Positions 45,924 to 58,433 of a DNA stretch of 64,000 nucleotides are shown here, in pieces; position 1 is the first letter of the stretch; every line of letters begins with the position of its first letter. Made by a program: the position numbers and the translations under genes. The stretch comes from Lepidodermella squamata (taxonomy: Eukaryota > Animalia > Gastrotricha): contig JBLDXI010000013.1 in the NCBI GenBank assembly GCA_047495785.1, positions 2,108,001 to 2,172,000 on the forward strand, written 5' to 3'. Below the pieces are notes generated by a model. That model saw only the letters and a list, made by a program, of their open reading frames with translations. It made no database searches and was not told where the DNA came from.

Positions 45924-46952
45924 ATGAGGACAAAAATGATTGTTGTTAGCTTATTTTACGTAATTTTCGTCGTTCCAAATGTTCGAGCGTGTGGACAAGC
46001 AGCAATCGAAGAAAATCCTGAAGGGCCGTCAATTTGGCAAGTAAATGACTTGATTTTTCCACCTTAAATTACCTTAGCGAATAAAATTACCTGCATGCAG
46101 TGCAAAAGTTGATGAAACTTTAAGGTGTCTTTTCTGAGGCACAATACCAGAAAAATCAGCACCTGTTTGGAACATTCATATTTTGCCTTGTCGTAAGAAG
46201 CTGAAAGATGACTGATGGCCCATTGTGAGATTTCAAGTTTAAGAACAATTATTGATGCATTTGCTAACAGCTCCTGTGATATATGCAAGGCTATACTGTG
46301 TTGATTTTTCATGGATTTAGATTCAAGTACCATGAGTAAACCAAAAATACCGAAAACGCTGACTTATCCAGAATTAGTAGTAGTTCAATCTGGTACCTTT
46401 TCTTGGGCTGTGCCTCTTGGCAGTAAAACAGGCAGGCACCGCAAAAATGATAAAATATCTTGAAAATACTCAAAGTCTATTTTGCAGGGCATGCCATCTG
46501 CGCATATGCACGGAGGGCAAACGGAAACGACGGATTCCCATGTGCCCCGCCCCTCGAAACCACAGAAGTTACAAGCTGGAGAGGTGGTTTCATGCTATTG
46601 CCCGCCTAAGACACGAAATCCTAACAGCAGTGAACATGAAGCTTGGCCGCAACCGGTCGATCCCGCTATGATCCCATTTCTGGCCGTTCCAGGGACTAGT
46701 ATGGCTTCGCGCCAAGCTAAAAGCAGTGCCCCAGCAGCTTCACCTATTGCTTTTCATGCTAGACCGTCTCTAAAGTCTTTGTGGAGCATGTTAACTATGC
46801 TTATGACTTTCGACGAGCAGAATGATATCAATGCCGCCGAAGAGTCGACGAATCCTGAACTGGAACTTCGTGAGCCCTGCGTCTGCTACGCCTGGAAAAA
46901 CATGCATAACTCCCCAGATCAAGGCATTCCAGGCGTTCCAGCCTGGGGCTAA
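45924..46952 (+). CDS. Spliced secreted cysteine-clasp protein (exons 45924-46040 and 46488-46952)
   Basis: Exon 1 MRTKMIVVSLFYVIFVVPNVRACGQAAIEENPEGPSIWQ supplies the signal peptide; phase-0 GTAAAT...TTTTGCAG intron; VSCYCP ... EESTNPELELREPCVCY; ends PAWG*. Confidence 0.8.
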
Positions 46953-48286
46953 CCCGCCCAGATATGCCTTTTTGCACGCACTTTTCTATATCTCTGAAAT
47001 GAATTTTTCGGTGCGTTTTCCGTTTCCCTTCAGGCCTACTGTGCGGATAGTTGCCTAAGGAAAAGAGATGTGAAAAATTGAAAATTCTCTTGCTGAAATC
47101 GTCCAATTTGAACAATCTTATTTCCAATATCGATAAAACCCATGAATCGATTCATCCCAGAAATCACCCGACATTTTGCTAGCCAAAAGTTAGATTCAAA
47201 TTGTGCCTTCAAATTCGCAATCGGCAAAGGCACATCAACATGGAAAAATCCGTTCTCCGACCTGATATATTTGTCGATAATCGAGCAATCGATATCAGCC
47301 AACCACTATCAGCATTAATCGGTTGACCAATCGTTGACCAGCCTGCGCCCATCCCTTGCTCGAATTATGAAGTTCTTTGGATGAGAATACTCCTTAAAAA
47401 GGTGCTGATTAATTATTCATCGATTAATTTTGAAGGCGATTAGAAAGATGAATCCACTAAATTCCGCAAAAACTAGCGTGACCGGATCTTTTTGTAGAAA
47501 TACATTGTTAACCCTGAGATTTTAATAAAACCGTCAAACGTGTGGTCACCCAGAGTTTGATCCATGAAGATAAGAGTTACAATGATGAAGTCCAACAGTC
47601 CGGCAGGAGGCAAACTGAAAATGAAATATTCAGATCATGTGACACTGTCTGCTAAAACTGGCGTGCAATCCACAATCATTCACCAGTGGCATGACACCAT
47701 CGGTCAAAGAATCAAGCCGGCAATCAATTCACTTTCAACTTTCAACACTGCTGGTCAAATTTAAACCGAATATTCAAGGCCATAATCAAAGTCAATCAAA
47801 TCCCAAACACGTTGTGAATGTCGTTCGGCAGGAGTACATGTGAGCGGATGAAGAAATATAAACTGATTCCTCGGTGGCTTGTCTGGTTAATATCCCATAT
47901 AATATCGGTTCCCAATCTCAGATAATGACTGAGGTGTTCGAGTTCGCTGAAATATATTCTGCTGTTAATTTTGTCCCGAACGAGGACTTCACTTGAAAGA
48001 TTCTGGAAGATTCTTCAAATCACCGAGTTCCTTCAGCTTTTTCTCAATATTGTCCACGGTCGAGTGAATATGTGCTTGATGACATCGCCTCACTTAGTCA
48101 AGTGCAGTTCGTTTTTTCAACGGATACAATTGTCTTCATTGACTCATTGCCCATTGTCTCACGTCACGATCTAATGATAAGAGTTTGATGAGGTGTTGAG
48201 CAAATAAACAGGAAATCCGCGATTTATTGAGCATACGGAGGCTATTTCCTCTAGTTAATTATTTTTTATCCTGCAATTAGAAAGAA

Positions 48287-49165
48287 ATGACTGTTTTATT
48301 GCTGGCAACTCTCGCGATTCTCGGCGCTTCTGGCGTTCATGGCAACCATGCTGCTGTAAGCCAAGAGGGTGTTGCTGCAAGTCATCAACCTGCCCATGTT
48401 GACGCCATGCCTGCTCACATGACGATGAAGATGAACCCACAGGCTGCATCGAACTACAGATGGCATCCCGACGGCAAGAACTATACGGAAAAGTTCAGAT
48501 CTGATGAGATTTATTCATGCTACTGTCAGCCGAAACAGGCAGGTGACCCGCAATCATTCAACAGCATGAGACCAACTTTCCAACAACAACATCAAGGCCG
48601 TCCGGGCAGCAGTCCCGGCAGCAGTCCCGGCAGCAGTCCAGGCAGCAGTGCTGGTAGCAGTCCCGGCAGTAAGCCGACTAACCTAGGCTCTCGACCGATT
48701 AGCCAAGCTAGCCGACCGGGTGTGCCTGCTGTGCAAAATATGATTGGCCAAGCGTCGGCAGGAGGGAGGGCCAGGCGCCAAGCTGCAAGAAATTCCCGAT
48801 CGGCTTCATCTGTTCCTGGCCCAGCGAATGCTGCGGGTGCTGCGGGCCACGGTGCTGGAAATTGGGGTCCTCAAGTTGCAATCAATTCCGTGCCTTCACC
48901 CGATGGTATTCCTTCTGCGGGTGTTGCGGATCCTCCTGGAGCTGCAGGCAATTGGGGTCCTGCTTATCCTGGTGCTGCAGGACAAAGTGCTGGCCCTGCT
49001 TACCCCTATACTCCCTTGTATACTTTGGACGACTTTAAGGCTGCCGCGAAGGAGTTCAACAACGTCGAAGAGGCGAAGAACCCTGAACTGGAGCAACGCG
49101 TATGCGCTTGCTACCTCAAGAAATCGGCTATTGCAAAACACGACGCTGCATCAAAAAACCAGTAA
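48287..49165 (+). CDS. Secreted cysteine-clasp protein (class I) with PGSS / A-G-P-rich loop
   Basis: Signal peptide; SDEIYSCYCQP ... EEAKNPELEQRVCACY; RARR site in the loop. Confidence 0.85.
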   Translation: MTVLLLATLAILGASGVHGNHAAVSQEGVAASHQPAHVDAMPAHMTMKMNPQAASNYRWHPDGKNYTEKFRSDEIYSCYCQPKQAGDPQSFNSMRPTFQQQHQGRPGSSPGSSPGSSPGSSAGSSPGSKPTNLGSRPISQASRPGVPAVQNMIGQASAGGRARRQAARNSRSASSVPGPANAAGAAGHGAGNWGPQVAINSVPSPDGIPSAGVADPPGAAGNWGPAYPGAAGQSAGPAYPYTPLYTLDDFKAAAKEFNNVEEAKNPELEQRVCACYLKKSAIAKHDAASKNQ

Positions 49166-49898
49166 AACGAGCTTATTTCTAGCTTTTTTGGTGAAAGATT
49201 TAATATGAACACTATTAATTATAACCGCATATGAAATAATGCAGAAAGTTGCGGACCTCAATAGTTTTATTACCTGAATATGCCTTCGAAGAATGTTTTC
49301 TGTCCTTTTCCACTTCCATATAGGTAGCAACGCTATTGTGGACATCTTTCGATAATGACGAAGCATCATTGAGACAACTTTTGACTCAAAAGTGTGTATC
49401 ATGATCGAAATAAACAGGAAACTTTCCTCAACATTTGAATATTTGACAAACAAAACCTGGGTTGAAACTCGGAGTATTCCATCTTAGAAATTCGCCAACA
49501 AGATTTCGGCAATTAAATTTAGTTCATGCACTGGAAACGAATTAAACTCAGCAGTCTCGATTCAGGCATCTGAAAGATAGATCCAGGTTCAGCCTCAAAG
49601 ATCCCCTTTATTAGCCGTTTTTTTAACCATTCAAAGCACCATTATTAACCTGATTTCTATGTGCTGAGCATCTTGTTGAGAGGCTTTATCGGACCATTTT
49701 ATTAGGTCGATAGCGTGCCGTCAACCGAGAAGTTCAAATTTGAACCCGGAAACCACAGAGAATTTTCACAGACCCCTAACTCGATTCAAAATTAAGGCTT
49801 TTCGGATTTGTTGAGCTATCTGTTCAGCCTTGTTGAAGTCTTAAGTTTCGGGTTGTCGGATAATTTCAGTTTAAATGGTTGACTTTGATCCAATGCAT

Positions 49899-50165
49899 AG
49901 GTGATTCCGCTCTCGAACGGAGGACGATACCCTGAACCACTGAAGCCCGGTCAAGACACAAAGCCTGTAGAAGCTCCCAAATCCAAGTCAGAAGCTGCCA
50001 AGCCGTCCAAAGGCACCAAGCTGAGGCAAGCTGAGGTACCAAGCCAGCTAGTATGCCCGATTGCATCCTCTGAGAGAAGTCGCAGCGGCTATCAAGTAAT
50101 AAAGACAATTCATTCGACCTTCGCACCCAATTATGGTACCTCTTCCCGAAAGGGGGCGCTTGATA
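49899..50165 (+). pseudogene. Chimeric clasp pseudogene (5' part from the 21-type gene, 3' part from the 1149-type gene)
   Basis: VIPLSNGGR-[CFC deleted]-PEP.KP.QD.KPVEAPKSKS joined to a degraded copy of ...AATTCATTCGACCTTCG...TTCCCGAAAGG; no signal peptide. Confidence 0.75.
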
Positions 50166-50432
50166 GAAGAGGTGGAGAAAACACCGGCTTAGCCCTTATT
50201 ATTTCCCTTAGCAAGACAATTGTCGATAACTAGGTATTTCTAGACGATAGACGAGGCGTTATTAGGGCAATTCATTTTTTTTGTGATCAAGTGTGATTGT
50301 CCTCAACTGAGATGTCTATTGTCTTCCGGTAACGCTCGAATGGTAAGAGTTTGACGAGTAATTTATTGACAGAATAAATAAGGAATATATCAATTTTCCC
50401 AACTGATCCAATTTACGCTAAATAATTTAAAA

Positions 50433-53400
50433 ATGATTGTTAGCTTATTTTATTCTGTGTCTGTCGCGATATTCATCGTTCCAAACGTTCGAGCGTGTGG
50501 AGATGGAGCAATCGAAGAATATCCTGACGGGCCGTCAATCTGGCAAGTAAATGATATGATTTTGGGTCATATTTGGGTCTCCTTTTACCGGAACCAAATA
50601 CTTTGCTGTAGCGGAACCAAATTTTACAATTTTCGGTGACCTGAACTCATTTTTCGGATATTTCTTGGGTATCAAACATAGTATCAAGATTGGCCGCAAC
50701 TATTCTAATCTAAGAGCCACTAAATTCAGCGAAATATTCTCTATAATTGTTCAATTACCGTAACGGGTCCTAACTTTGGACAAAACACCTTTTTTAATTT
50801 AAAAAAATTCGGTTTTCGTCTAAAAAAATGGAAAAAAATATCCAAACCTCCGCCCAAGGAAGCTGCGTGGACAGGTGAAGTTTGGAAAATTTACTCACCT
50901 TGATTTTAAAAAAATTGGTAAAGAAACCTCCAAAATTTGGACACTCGTTCCCAAATTTGGACACCTCATTCGCATATGCTAATTCGACCTTACACACATT
51001 TTATTTCTTGTTGCGCAATTTTCCTCGTGTTTTTAAAGGCGACTTTTGTAGCCGCGCGCTTGAGACTAAAATAATGCTACCGATAGGATTCACTCATCGT
51101 CAGATTTAATGCAGATGTACGCAATACCAATTATACACCAGGATCTTAATACCGTTAATGAACCATGAATCTTCTCGAAACTATGATAAACCAGGTGAAA
51201 ATGTCTCTGAAGCACCGAGTCTCATTTAGAAAGTAGACGGAGGGATATCAGTTTGAGGTTAAACCATGGGTTGAGGTTTGAATGAGTCGTGGAGTTTCTT
51301 TATCGCTGAACTATTGACATTTTTTACCGATAGTGAACTGTCATTTGTCCCATGGTACGTGCTGTTCACCTGTTTAATTAAAGCTGGCGCCGTCGGATTT
51401 GTATTCGGATACATTATTATTCCCTATGCTCTCTAGCCAAAATCATGAAAGCATAGCCTAGGCCGGGAGTCATTAAGCTAATTCCAAGGTTCTATAGGCC
51501 TTCCCACAAACTCGTTTCTTTTTTTTTCTCATGCATATGCGAGTAAACACATACACATACAGCAAAAAGCATACAGCCCCCGTTCACAAACTGATTTCTT
51601 TTCTCCTTGTATGTGATTTTTTTCTGACCGAAGAGGCCACTGAAAAAAGGGATGGCGGCACGTCGAATCGAACCCTTGACAACTTCGCACACATCGATAA
51701 TTATATCGACTTGGCTAATCCGTCAAGCTTAAAGTGTGACCTATAAATTAGGCTTTAAGGCAAAAAATTCATTGATAAATGCGTCAACAAGTCGAAGATT
51801 AATGATTCATGCCCGCACTTGACCCAGAAAACGCGGATAGCTTTTATAGATATTAGCAACCAATAATTAGGCTTTTTATAGCGACAGATAAATACGATGG
51901 CAACATAGTGCAGTTGCTATTGACCGGCCTGTTCAACGGGCGGACGGGGTTCGAGCCCCATCGAAGTTGGTCATTTTTTCAGCGGCCTCTTCGGCAAGAA
52001 AAAAAATCACATACAGGGAGAAAAGAAATCAGTTTGTGAACGGGTCTGTATGCGATTTTTTTCGCCAACACATACGACCCCGGCAATAAACTTATTACAA
52101 ATCACATACACATTTTTTCATACGAGTATGTGCGCAGACCTTATCAATGCGATGCCATTCTTTTCAAAAACTGACAAAAAGCATACATTTCGTTTGCATA
52201 TGCATAGAGATAAAAATATCATTAAAAGTGTCCAAATTTAGAGGCTAAATTCAAAGTCACCTGTATCAAAATTGGCTTGTCCTTCTGCCGAGATTTTTTT
52301 ACAGAATTTAGTTTAGGTAAATCCCCATTTGCAAAACAAATTTCAGCCCCAACCGTTCACAGGTGAGCATTTGGCAAGGGGGGTCCCAAAACACCTTTCT
52401 GAGTGATCGAGCTTCGGCGATTTTTCGCAAATCGATAGTACATGAAAGTATTGGCAAATTTGGTACCGTTGGAAAGCCCACGAAGGGAGCTATTTTTCAG
52501 TGAAATTTCTAAACTTTTATCAGTTATGCACAAATTGATATTTGGGGCTAAAGCTCAAAGTGTCCAAATTTGGGGTGTCCAAATTTAGGGCGCGTTACGG
52601 TATTGTTCAATTTAGAACAATAATTTGAAGTTTCAGATTGTTCAATTAAGAATGCTTCGCCCAAAATTCGTGGTTCGTATTTAAAAAATGACTCATGGAG
52701 TTTTTCGACTTAGGCTCATAAAAATGCGCAATTGGTTCCGCTTAAAGCTATTCTGTTTGATTTTAGCACCATAAATAGGGAGTAAAATTTACCAGAAAAA
52801 GCATGCCTTGCATAAGTGGATGACAATTTAAGGTGTCTTGCTGAGACTATGTAAAAATCAGCACGCACCCGGTTGGAAAATCCGATTTTGCTTGCCGTAA
52901 AGAACCTGAAAGATGGCTGATCGCTCAATTTGTCCTCGTCGGGACGAGATTTTAAACTTCGGATCATTGAGATATTTCTTAGGTTGACCCTTTTTAGGCT
53001 AATTTAGGATATTCTGCATCTCATGGCAGAAGAAATCAGGCGCCGCAAAAATAATAAATAAACAAGTTTAGGAGTCTGTTTACATTTAATTAAACACAAA
53101 CTCTATTTTGCAGGGCATGCCATCGGCGCATATGCACGGAGGACACACGGGAATGACTGATTACCATGTGCCCGGCCCGTCGACAATACAAAAGTTACAA
53201 GCTGGAGAAATGGTTTCGTGTTACTGCCAGGCGAAATCATCAAATTCTGGCAGCGGTGGAAACGGTCTAGCTGGTGGGCCAAATGAGAACGAAGCCGCTA
53301 TTTGGCAAAATTGGATGGTTCCAGGGACTCATATGGCTCGGCGCCAAGCTAAAAGCAGTCCCCAGGCGGCTTCAGCTGCTGCTGTTCCTGCTGGACATTC

Positions 53401-53605
53401 AACGGGTAGATCTCCGATGATTTCGTGGAGCATGGTAAACAAGCTCATGGCTGCTGACGCGCAGAGCGAGATCAAGTCCGTCGAAGAGTCGACAAATCCT
53501 GAACTGGAACTTCACGAGCCTTGCGTCTGCTACGCCTGGAAAAACATGCGTAACGCCCCAGATCCAGGCGTTCCAGGCATTCCAGGCGTTCCAGCCTGGG
53601 GCTAA
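50433..53605 (+). CDS. Spliced secreted cysteine-clasp protein (exons 50433-50546 and 53114-53605), paralog of 45924
   Basis: Exon 1 MIVSLFYSVSVAIFIVPNVRACGDGAIEEYPDGPSIWQ|GTAAAT; acceptor TTTTGCAG ending at 53113; VSCYCQ ... EESTNPELELHEPCVCY; ends PAWG*. Confidence 0.8.
50756..52602. mobile_element. Non-autonomous TIR element inside the intron
   Basis: TIR TACCGTAACG.G.CCTAA.TTTGGACA; flanking direct repeat TTGTTCAAT at 50747-50755 and 52603-52611; internal inverted repeat ~51570-51625 / ~52000-52052. Confidence 0.8.
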
Positions 53606-55228
53606 GTCGCCTAGATGAACCTTTTTACGCGCATATTTGTAATTCTTAAAAAAATGAATTTTTTCGATGGAATTTTCTAAAATCGATAGGCCTATAGTTT
53701 ACTTTTAGAAACGAATGTGGGCGAAAAAATGGGAAATTATATCACGTTTCATTTGCAAAAAAAGCATTTCTGCATCGAATTTCGGCGAGAAAATGGACCT
53801 TTTCGACCATTTTTTATAATTTAAAAAAAAATTTCAACCAAGTCCGCAAGGAAGGTGGATCTTGCTTCAAATTTTTCCCAGGGGACTATGGGTTTATTGA
53901 CCAGATAAAAGAGCATCGATAAATTCTTTTCATTTTTAGTTTTGGAATAAGAAAACGCGCGTAAAACTTGTTTTGAGCATACCTCGCAAAAATGGACATA
54001 TCAACGTGTAAATTTGACGTGAATTTTAGCCGTTGAACGAAAACTTTAAAGCTTTAATAATGCTAACACTAACACATTATTAGCCCCAAGATTCCTTCGA
54101 ATCCTTCGAATGGTCGGTCATCCGGATTTTGCTTCTGCTTCCCAACAGGGTTTTCCAAATAATGATAGTAAAGTATTTTCTGATCAAATATGATTGTCAT
54201 TTTTTGAGTCGATCGTCTTCCGGTCACGATCTATAAAGAAAATAGTTTGATGAGAAAATAAACTCGATATCTGCGATTTATTGCCTGAGTAAAAATTAAT
54301 ATTGCAATTAACAATTTTGATTATCATAATTAAGATAATAAGAATGAAAATGACTGCCGGGCTTTCTCGTGATTGTCACAATTTTCGGCGCTTCCAGCGG
54401 TTTTGATATTATGTTGTCACCTAGGAAGCCGCTAACCGGCTGCTGTCAAACCTATTCCAGAGCTATCCTCTTGTGGAATCCGTCACCCAATAACGGCACG
54501 AAGCAAAGTGAAAAATGAAATATATTCGGATTTGATGAGAATTTTGCATGCTTTTGCCTGCCGAAACTGGACACCGCGCGCTCGCTCTGACTCGTAAATT
54601 GATTTTTATTGACATTGATAATTTTGATTTGATGGATTGGCGGCGATTTGATTTTCATTAATTGAATTTGACTTGAAATTTTTCACTTAATTTCTGATGA
54701 AAAGAGTTGATGCAGCTTTTTTCGAAGATTATACCGAAGATTTTGAGGTCCGGCCTACATTTAGCTTGCAAAAATGTCTTCCCGCCTAGCCATAGAAATG
54801 TCGATCATTCGATCATCTTTTTCATAATGCCAAGTGTTTGACTACCGGATCCCAATCTCAGGGATAATAACTGAGGTTTTTGAGGCCGAATTCACTAAAA
54901 CAATATGACCCGTTGTTGCTATTGTACCGAATGAGGATAGACGATTCTTCGAATCATCGAGTTCTCTCATTTTTTTCTCAATATAGTCCATGGTCGACTG
55001 AATATGCTCTTGATGACATCGCTTCGGTTAGTCAAGAGTTCGTTTTTTCAACAAATACAATTGTCGAGTAGTTCTTTATTGACTTATTGCCCATTGTCTT
55101 GTAGTCACGATCTGATGATAAGGGGGTTTGATGTTAAGCAAATAAACACGAAATCCGCAATTTATTGCGCATGCGGATGCTATTTTGTCTAGTTGAATAT
55201 TTTTTATCCCGATAGTAATTAGAAAGAA

Positions 55229-55963
55229 ATGACAGTTTTATTGCTGGCAACGCTCGCGATTTTCAGCGCTTCAGGCGTTTGTGGCAATAGCGTTTATGGC
55301 AATGCTGCTGTTAGCCAAGAGGGTGTTGTTGCAAGTCAACCAGCCCGTGTTGACGACATGCCTGCTTTCATGACGATAAAGAACCCGCAGGCTTCATCCA
55401 ACAACAGAGACAGCAATAAGAAGCCAGTCACGGACACGTACAAATCTGATGAAATTTTTGTATGCAAATGTATGACGAAACAGCAGCAATCATTGAACAG
55501 TGGCATGAAACCAACAATCCAACAACAGCAACAAGGCCGTCCGGTCAGCAATGGTAACAAGCCGACTATTAACCTAAGCGGTCGACCGAATAATAATAAT
55601 AATCAAGCTAGCCGACCGGGTCAGGACAAACCTAATACTATGCAAAGTGTGCAAAATATGGCCAGTCAAGCAGGTAGGTCCAGGCGCGAAGCAGCAAGCA
55701 ATTCCGGGGTTTCATCTTTTCCTTTTCCTCCTGCGGGTTTTTCTGGCGGTAGCAATTCGGGTGCTACAGCGGGTTCTTACCCTTCCATTGGGCGTATGCC
55801 TCCAATGAGCGAAAATATGGGCGACATGATGGCTGCCATGCAGGAGGTTAACAACGCTGAGGAGGCGAAGAATCCTGATCTGGAAAAGCTTTTCTGCGCT
55901 TGCTTCATCAAGAGATCGATTGTTGCAAACCACGCCGCTGCATCAAACAACAACCGGCAGTAA
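55229..55963 (+). CDS. Secreted cysteine-clasp protein (class I) with Q/N/S/M-rich loop, paralog of 48287
   Basis: Signal peptide; SDEIFVCKCM ... EEAKNPDLEKLFCACF; RSRR site; flanks homologous to those of 48287. Confidence 0.85.
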   Translation: MTVLLLATLAIFSASGVCGNSVYGNAAVSQEGVVASQPARVDDMPAFMTIKNPQASSNNRDSNKKPVTDTYKSDEIFVCKCMTKQQQSLNSGMKPTIQQQQQGRPVSNGNKPTINLSGRPNNNNNQASRPGQDKPNTMQSVQNMASQAGRSRREAASNSGVSSFPFPPAGFSGGSNSGATAGSYPSIGRMPPMSENMGDMMAAMQEVNNAEEAKNPDLEKLFCACFIKRSIVANHAAASNNNRQ

Positions 55964-57405
55964 AAAAAGCCTATTTTCAAGCTTTCTGATGACAAATTTA
56001 CTGTGAACTCAACTAGTTGTACTAGCACGATCAATTGATGCATGACAATACAGAAAGTTTAACATTAAAAAAATAATTACATTGAGGTCCCCGGTAACTT
56101 TACCTGAAAGTATGTCTTGCTTCGAAGATGAATTGTTTTCCATAGCTGGAAATGGACATCTTTCGATCACGTCGAAGCATCATTGAGACAAATATATTGA
56201 ACCATTATTGAACTCGAAGTGAGTATCGCGATCAAAATAAACAGGAAGCCTTCCTTAAAATTTGAATATTTGAGAAGCAAAGCTTATGATTACGCCATTA
56301 GTTGGAATTTCGGAGAACCCCAACTAAAAAGTTTGCAAAAGAGATATCGGTAATAACGTTCCGTTATTGCGTTCTTATTGCAAGAGTGCAAACGTGGTCT
56401 TGAATTTACGAATTTGCGCTGGAAACGAATTCTAACGATAAAGCAATCATGCATAATTTGTCGAATAACTTTAGCTTTGTTCCAATTTGTTTCAATTCAG
56501 ACTATCAGACTATCACTGTAGCATTTAATAAAAATGATTTTTCCTTTTTATTTGTGCGATTTTTGTCGAAAATTTTTGGCAAAAATGGCATTTATCAGGT
56601 CTGGGGGTCGGATGGCATCATACAGTGCGAAGGCTTTATGGAATGATTGTATTTGCCAAAATTAGGTCAACAACGCACCAGTTATCGAAAATTACAATGT
56701 GGAACCCACTAGAAAGTTCCATAGCCACCAAACGCGATCAAACATGTTTTTTTCACCATTTTCTGAGGGACCTATGCCACCTTGTGCAGTCGCAAGTTTC
56801 GGGTGATCGGAAGATTTCTGGTTAGAAATGGGTGCTTTTGATTTGCCAAGAACCCTCTCAAAGCAAACTAAATCCTCTATAGCAACAGCTATGCTATATT
56901 GGATGAAAAACTCGAATTTTTCGAAAATTCACGAAAATTCACGCTTTAGGTATTCACGAAATTTCGCATTACAAACAATTTTCAGTCAACCTCTTCACTC
57001 ATACAAAGAATTCGGGTAACGGATTGCGGATAGTGCATTATATCGATCTTTCGTGCTTTGCAAACCGCTTGAAAAATTCGTCGTGGTTGCAGACGTTGCA
57101 GAGTTGTTAGACAAATGCGAAGCTATAGTAGGTAAAATACTTTGTAGAAGAGTTCTTTTCGTTGCTTCTGAGAAATAATAGTTTTTAAGGATTTAGCGTT
57201 GATCCGGATTATCCTAACCATTTTCGACCAGTTATTTGCATCACGAATTTCAACTTTCAGAGGTTGCCAATGCTTTTTAACACCTGCGGGAGGTCGAGCA
57301 TCGTTGATTTATTACGGCGCCATCGGATTACACGACACTCAGATGAGAATAAAATCCGAAAAAGTTAGACATTATACCTGAGCTTATTTCTTGAAAACCT
57401 AAAAC

Positions 57406-57837
57406 ATGATCAAGCCCATCGTAGTTTTGTCAATTTTACCCCTAATAATTTGCTATGTCACTTTCATATTGGCCGAAGAAAGGGACATTCGGCCTCGCCC
57501 GAGGATGGACCAGAATGACAACAACATGACGGTTAATTGGAAGTTCAAGAAACAATGCTCATGTTTCTGCCCCGAAATGCCAGCGGCGATGGGGAGGATG
57601 ATGAACCGAACAATGACTAACCAAACTAACCAAACCTCACGAATGGAAGGTATCAGGGCGGCACTTGGGCAGCGTCGAGGCGGCCGTGGCCTTTGCCCGG
57701 TTGGTATCATGGCCGTGGCCAATTTCATCCGGCGAAATCAACCCCCAATCAACTCAACGGCTGATTTTCAAACGGATCCAGCTAAAAACGACATGGGTAT
57801 GGCCTGTGTTTGTTCCTGTGCCAAATCTGCCAACTAA
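57406..57837 (+). CDS. Secreted cysteine-clasp protein (class II, CxCxC...CxCxC)
   Basis: Signal peptide; NMTVNWKFKKQCSCFCP ... ADF...MACVCSC; AATAAA at ~57872. Confidence 0.85.
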   Translation: MIKPIVVLSILPLIICYVTFILAEERDIRPRPRMDQNDNNMTVNWKFKKQCSCFCPEMPAAMGRMMNRTMTNQTNQTSRMEGIRAALGQRRGGRGLCPVGIMAVANFIRRNQPPINSTADFQTDPAKNDMGMACVCSCAKSAN

Positions 57838-58118
57838 GATGAATAACCAATTGAAGCTACTTTCGCGATGAATAAACAAAGAACCGCAGCAGTCGTGTTC
57901 ATTTTTTGGCCAAACTACTTAGGGCAAATCGAACAAAAGCAATGTAAAAAATACAAGGGAATCCTTTGTACTGTCTATATAATGAGATTACCGGTGGTGA
58001 AGTGTTTACTCAGCGCTGAGGAACTTCCCCTTTCATAACAAGGCACCACACCTATTTCAAAGTAGCGGTATAAATAGGCCGGGTTTTCCAGAATTTATCA
58101 TCTTAAAGTTTATCAGAC

Positions 58119-58433
58119 ATGGCATACAAATTGGCTCTTTTAGTGGCTCTGGCTGCCACGATGCTGTTCGTTGGCTTCGAAGCTGCTCCCCGTGGTGGCG
58201 GTGGCGGCGGTGGGCCCGGCGGACCCGGCGGACCTTGCGGACCCCACGGTGGCCAGCCGCCCAACATCACTTGGACAAAGTATCCGAAGACATGCAATTG
58301 TTATTGCGGCACAAACATGCCGACGCCTCCCCAGGGTGAACCGCCACTCCCGACTGTTATCAGCAGTGATTCCGATTTCAGCACGACAGGCAGCAACAAG
58401 ATCCTGAAGCCTTGCATTTGTTCCTGCCCGTAA
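58119..58433 (+). CDS. Secreted cysteine-clasp protein (class II), compact Pro-rich loop
   Basis: TATAAAT at 58069; signal peptide; NITWTKYPKTCNCYC ... SDFS...KPCICSCP*. Confidence 0.85.
   Translation: MAYKLALLVALAATMLFVGFEAAPRGGGGGGGPGGPGGPCGPHGGQPPNITWTKYPKTCNCYCGTNMPTPPQGEPPLPTVISSDSDFSTTGSNKILKPCICSCP

Noticed and set aside
45924-55963. Insulin-like peptides
   Set aside because: Precursor layout is reminiscent, but there is no CC-x3-C-x8-C A chain or CG B-chain helix pattern
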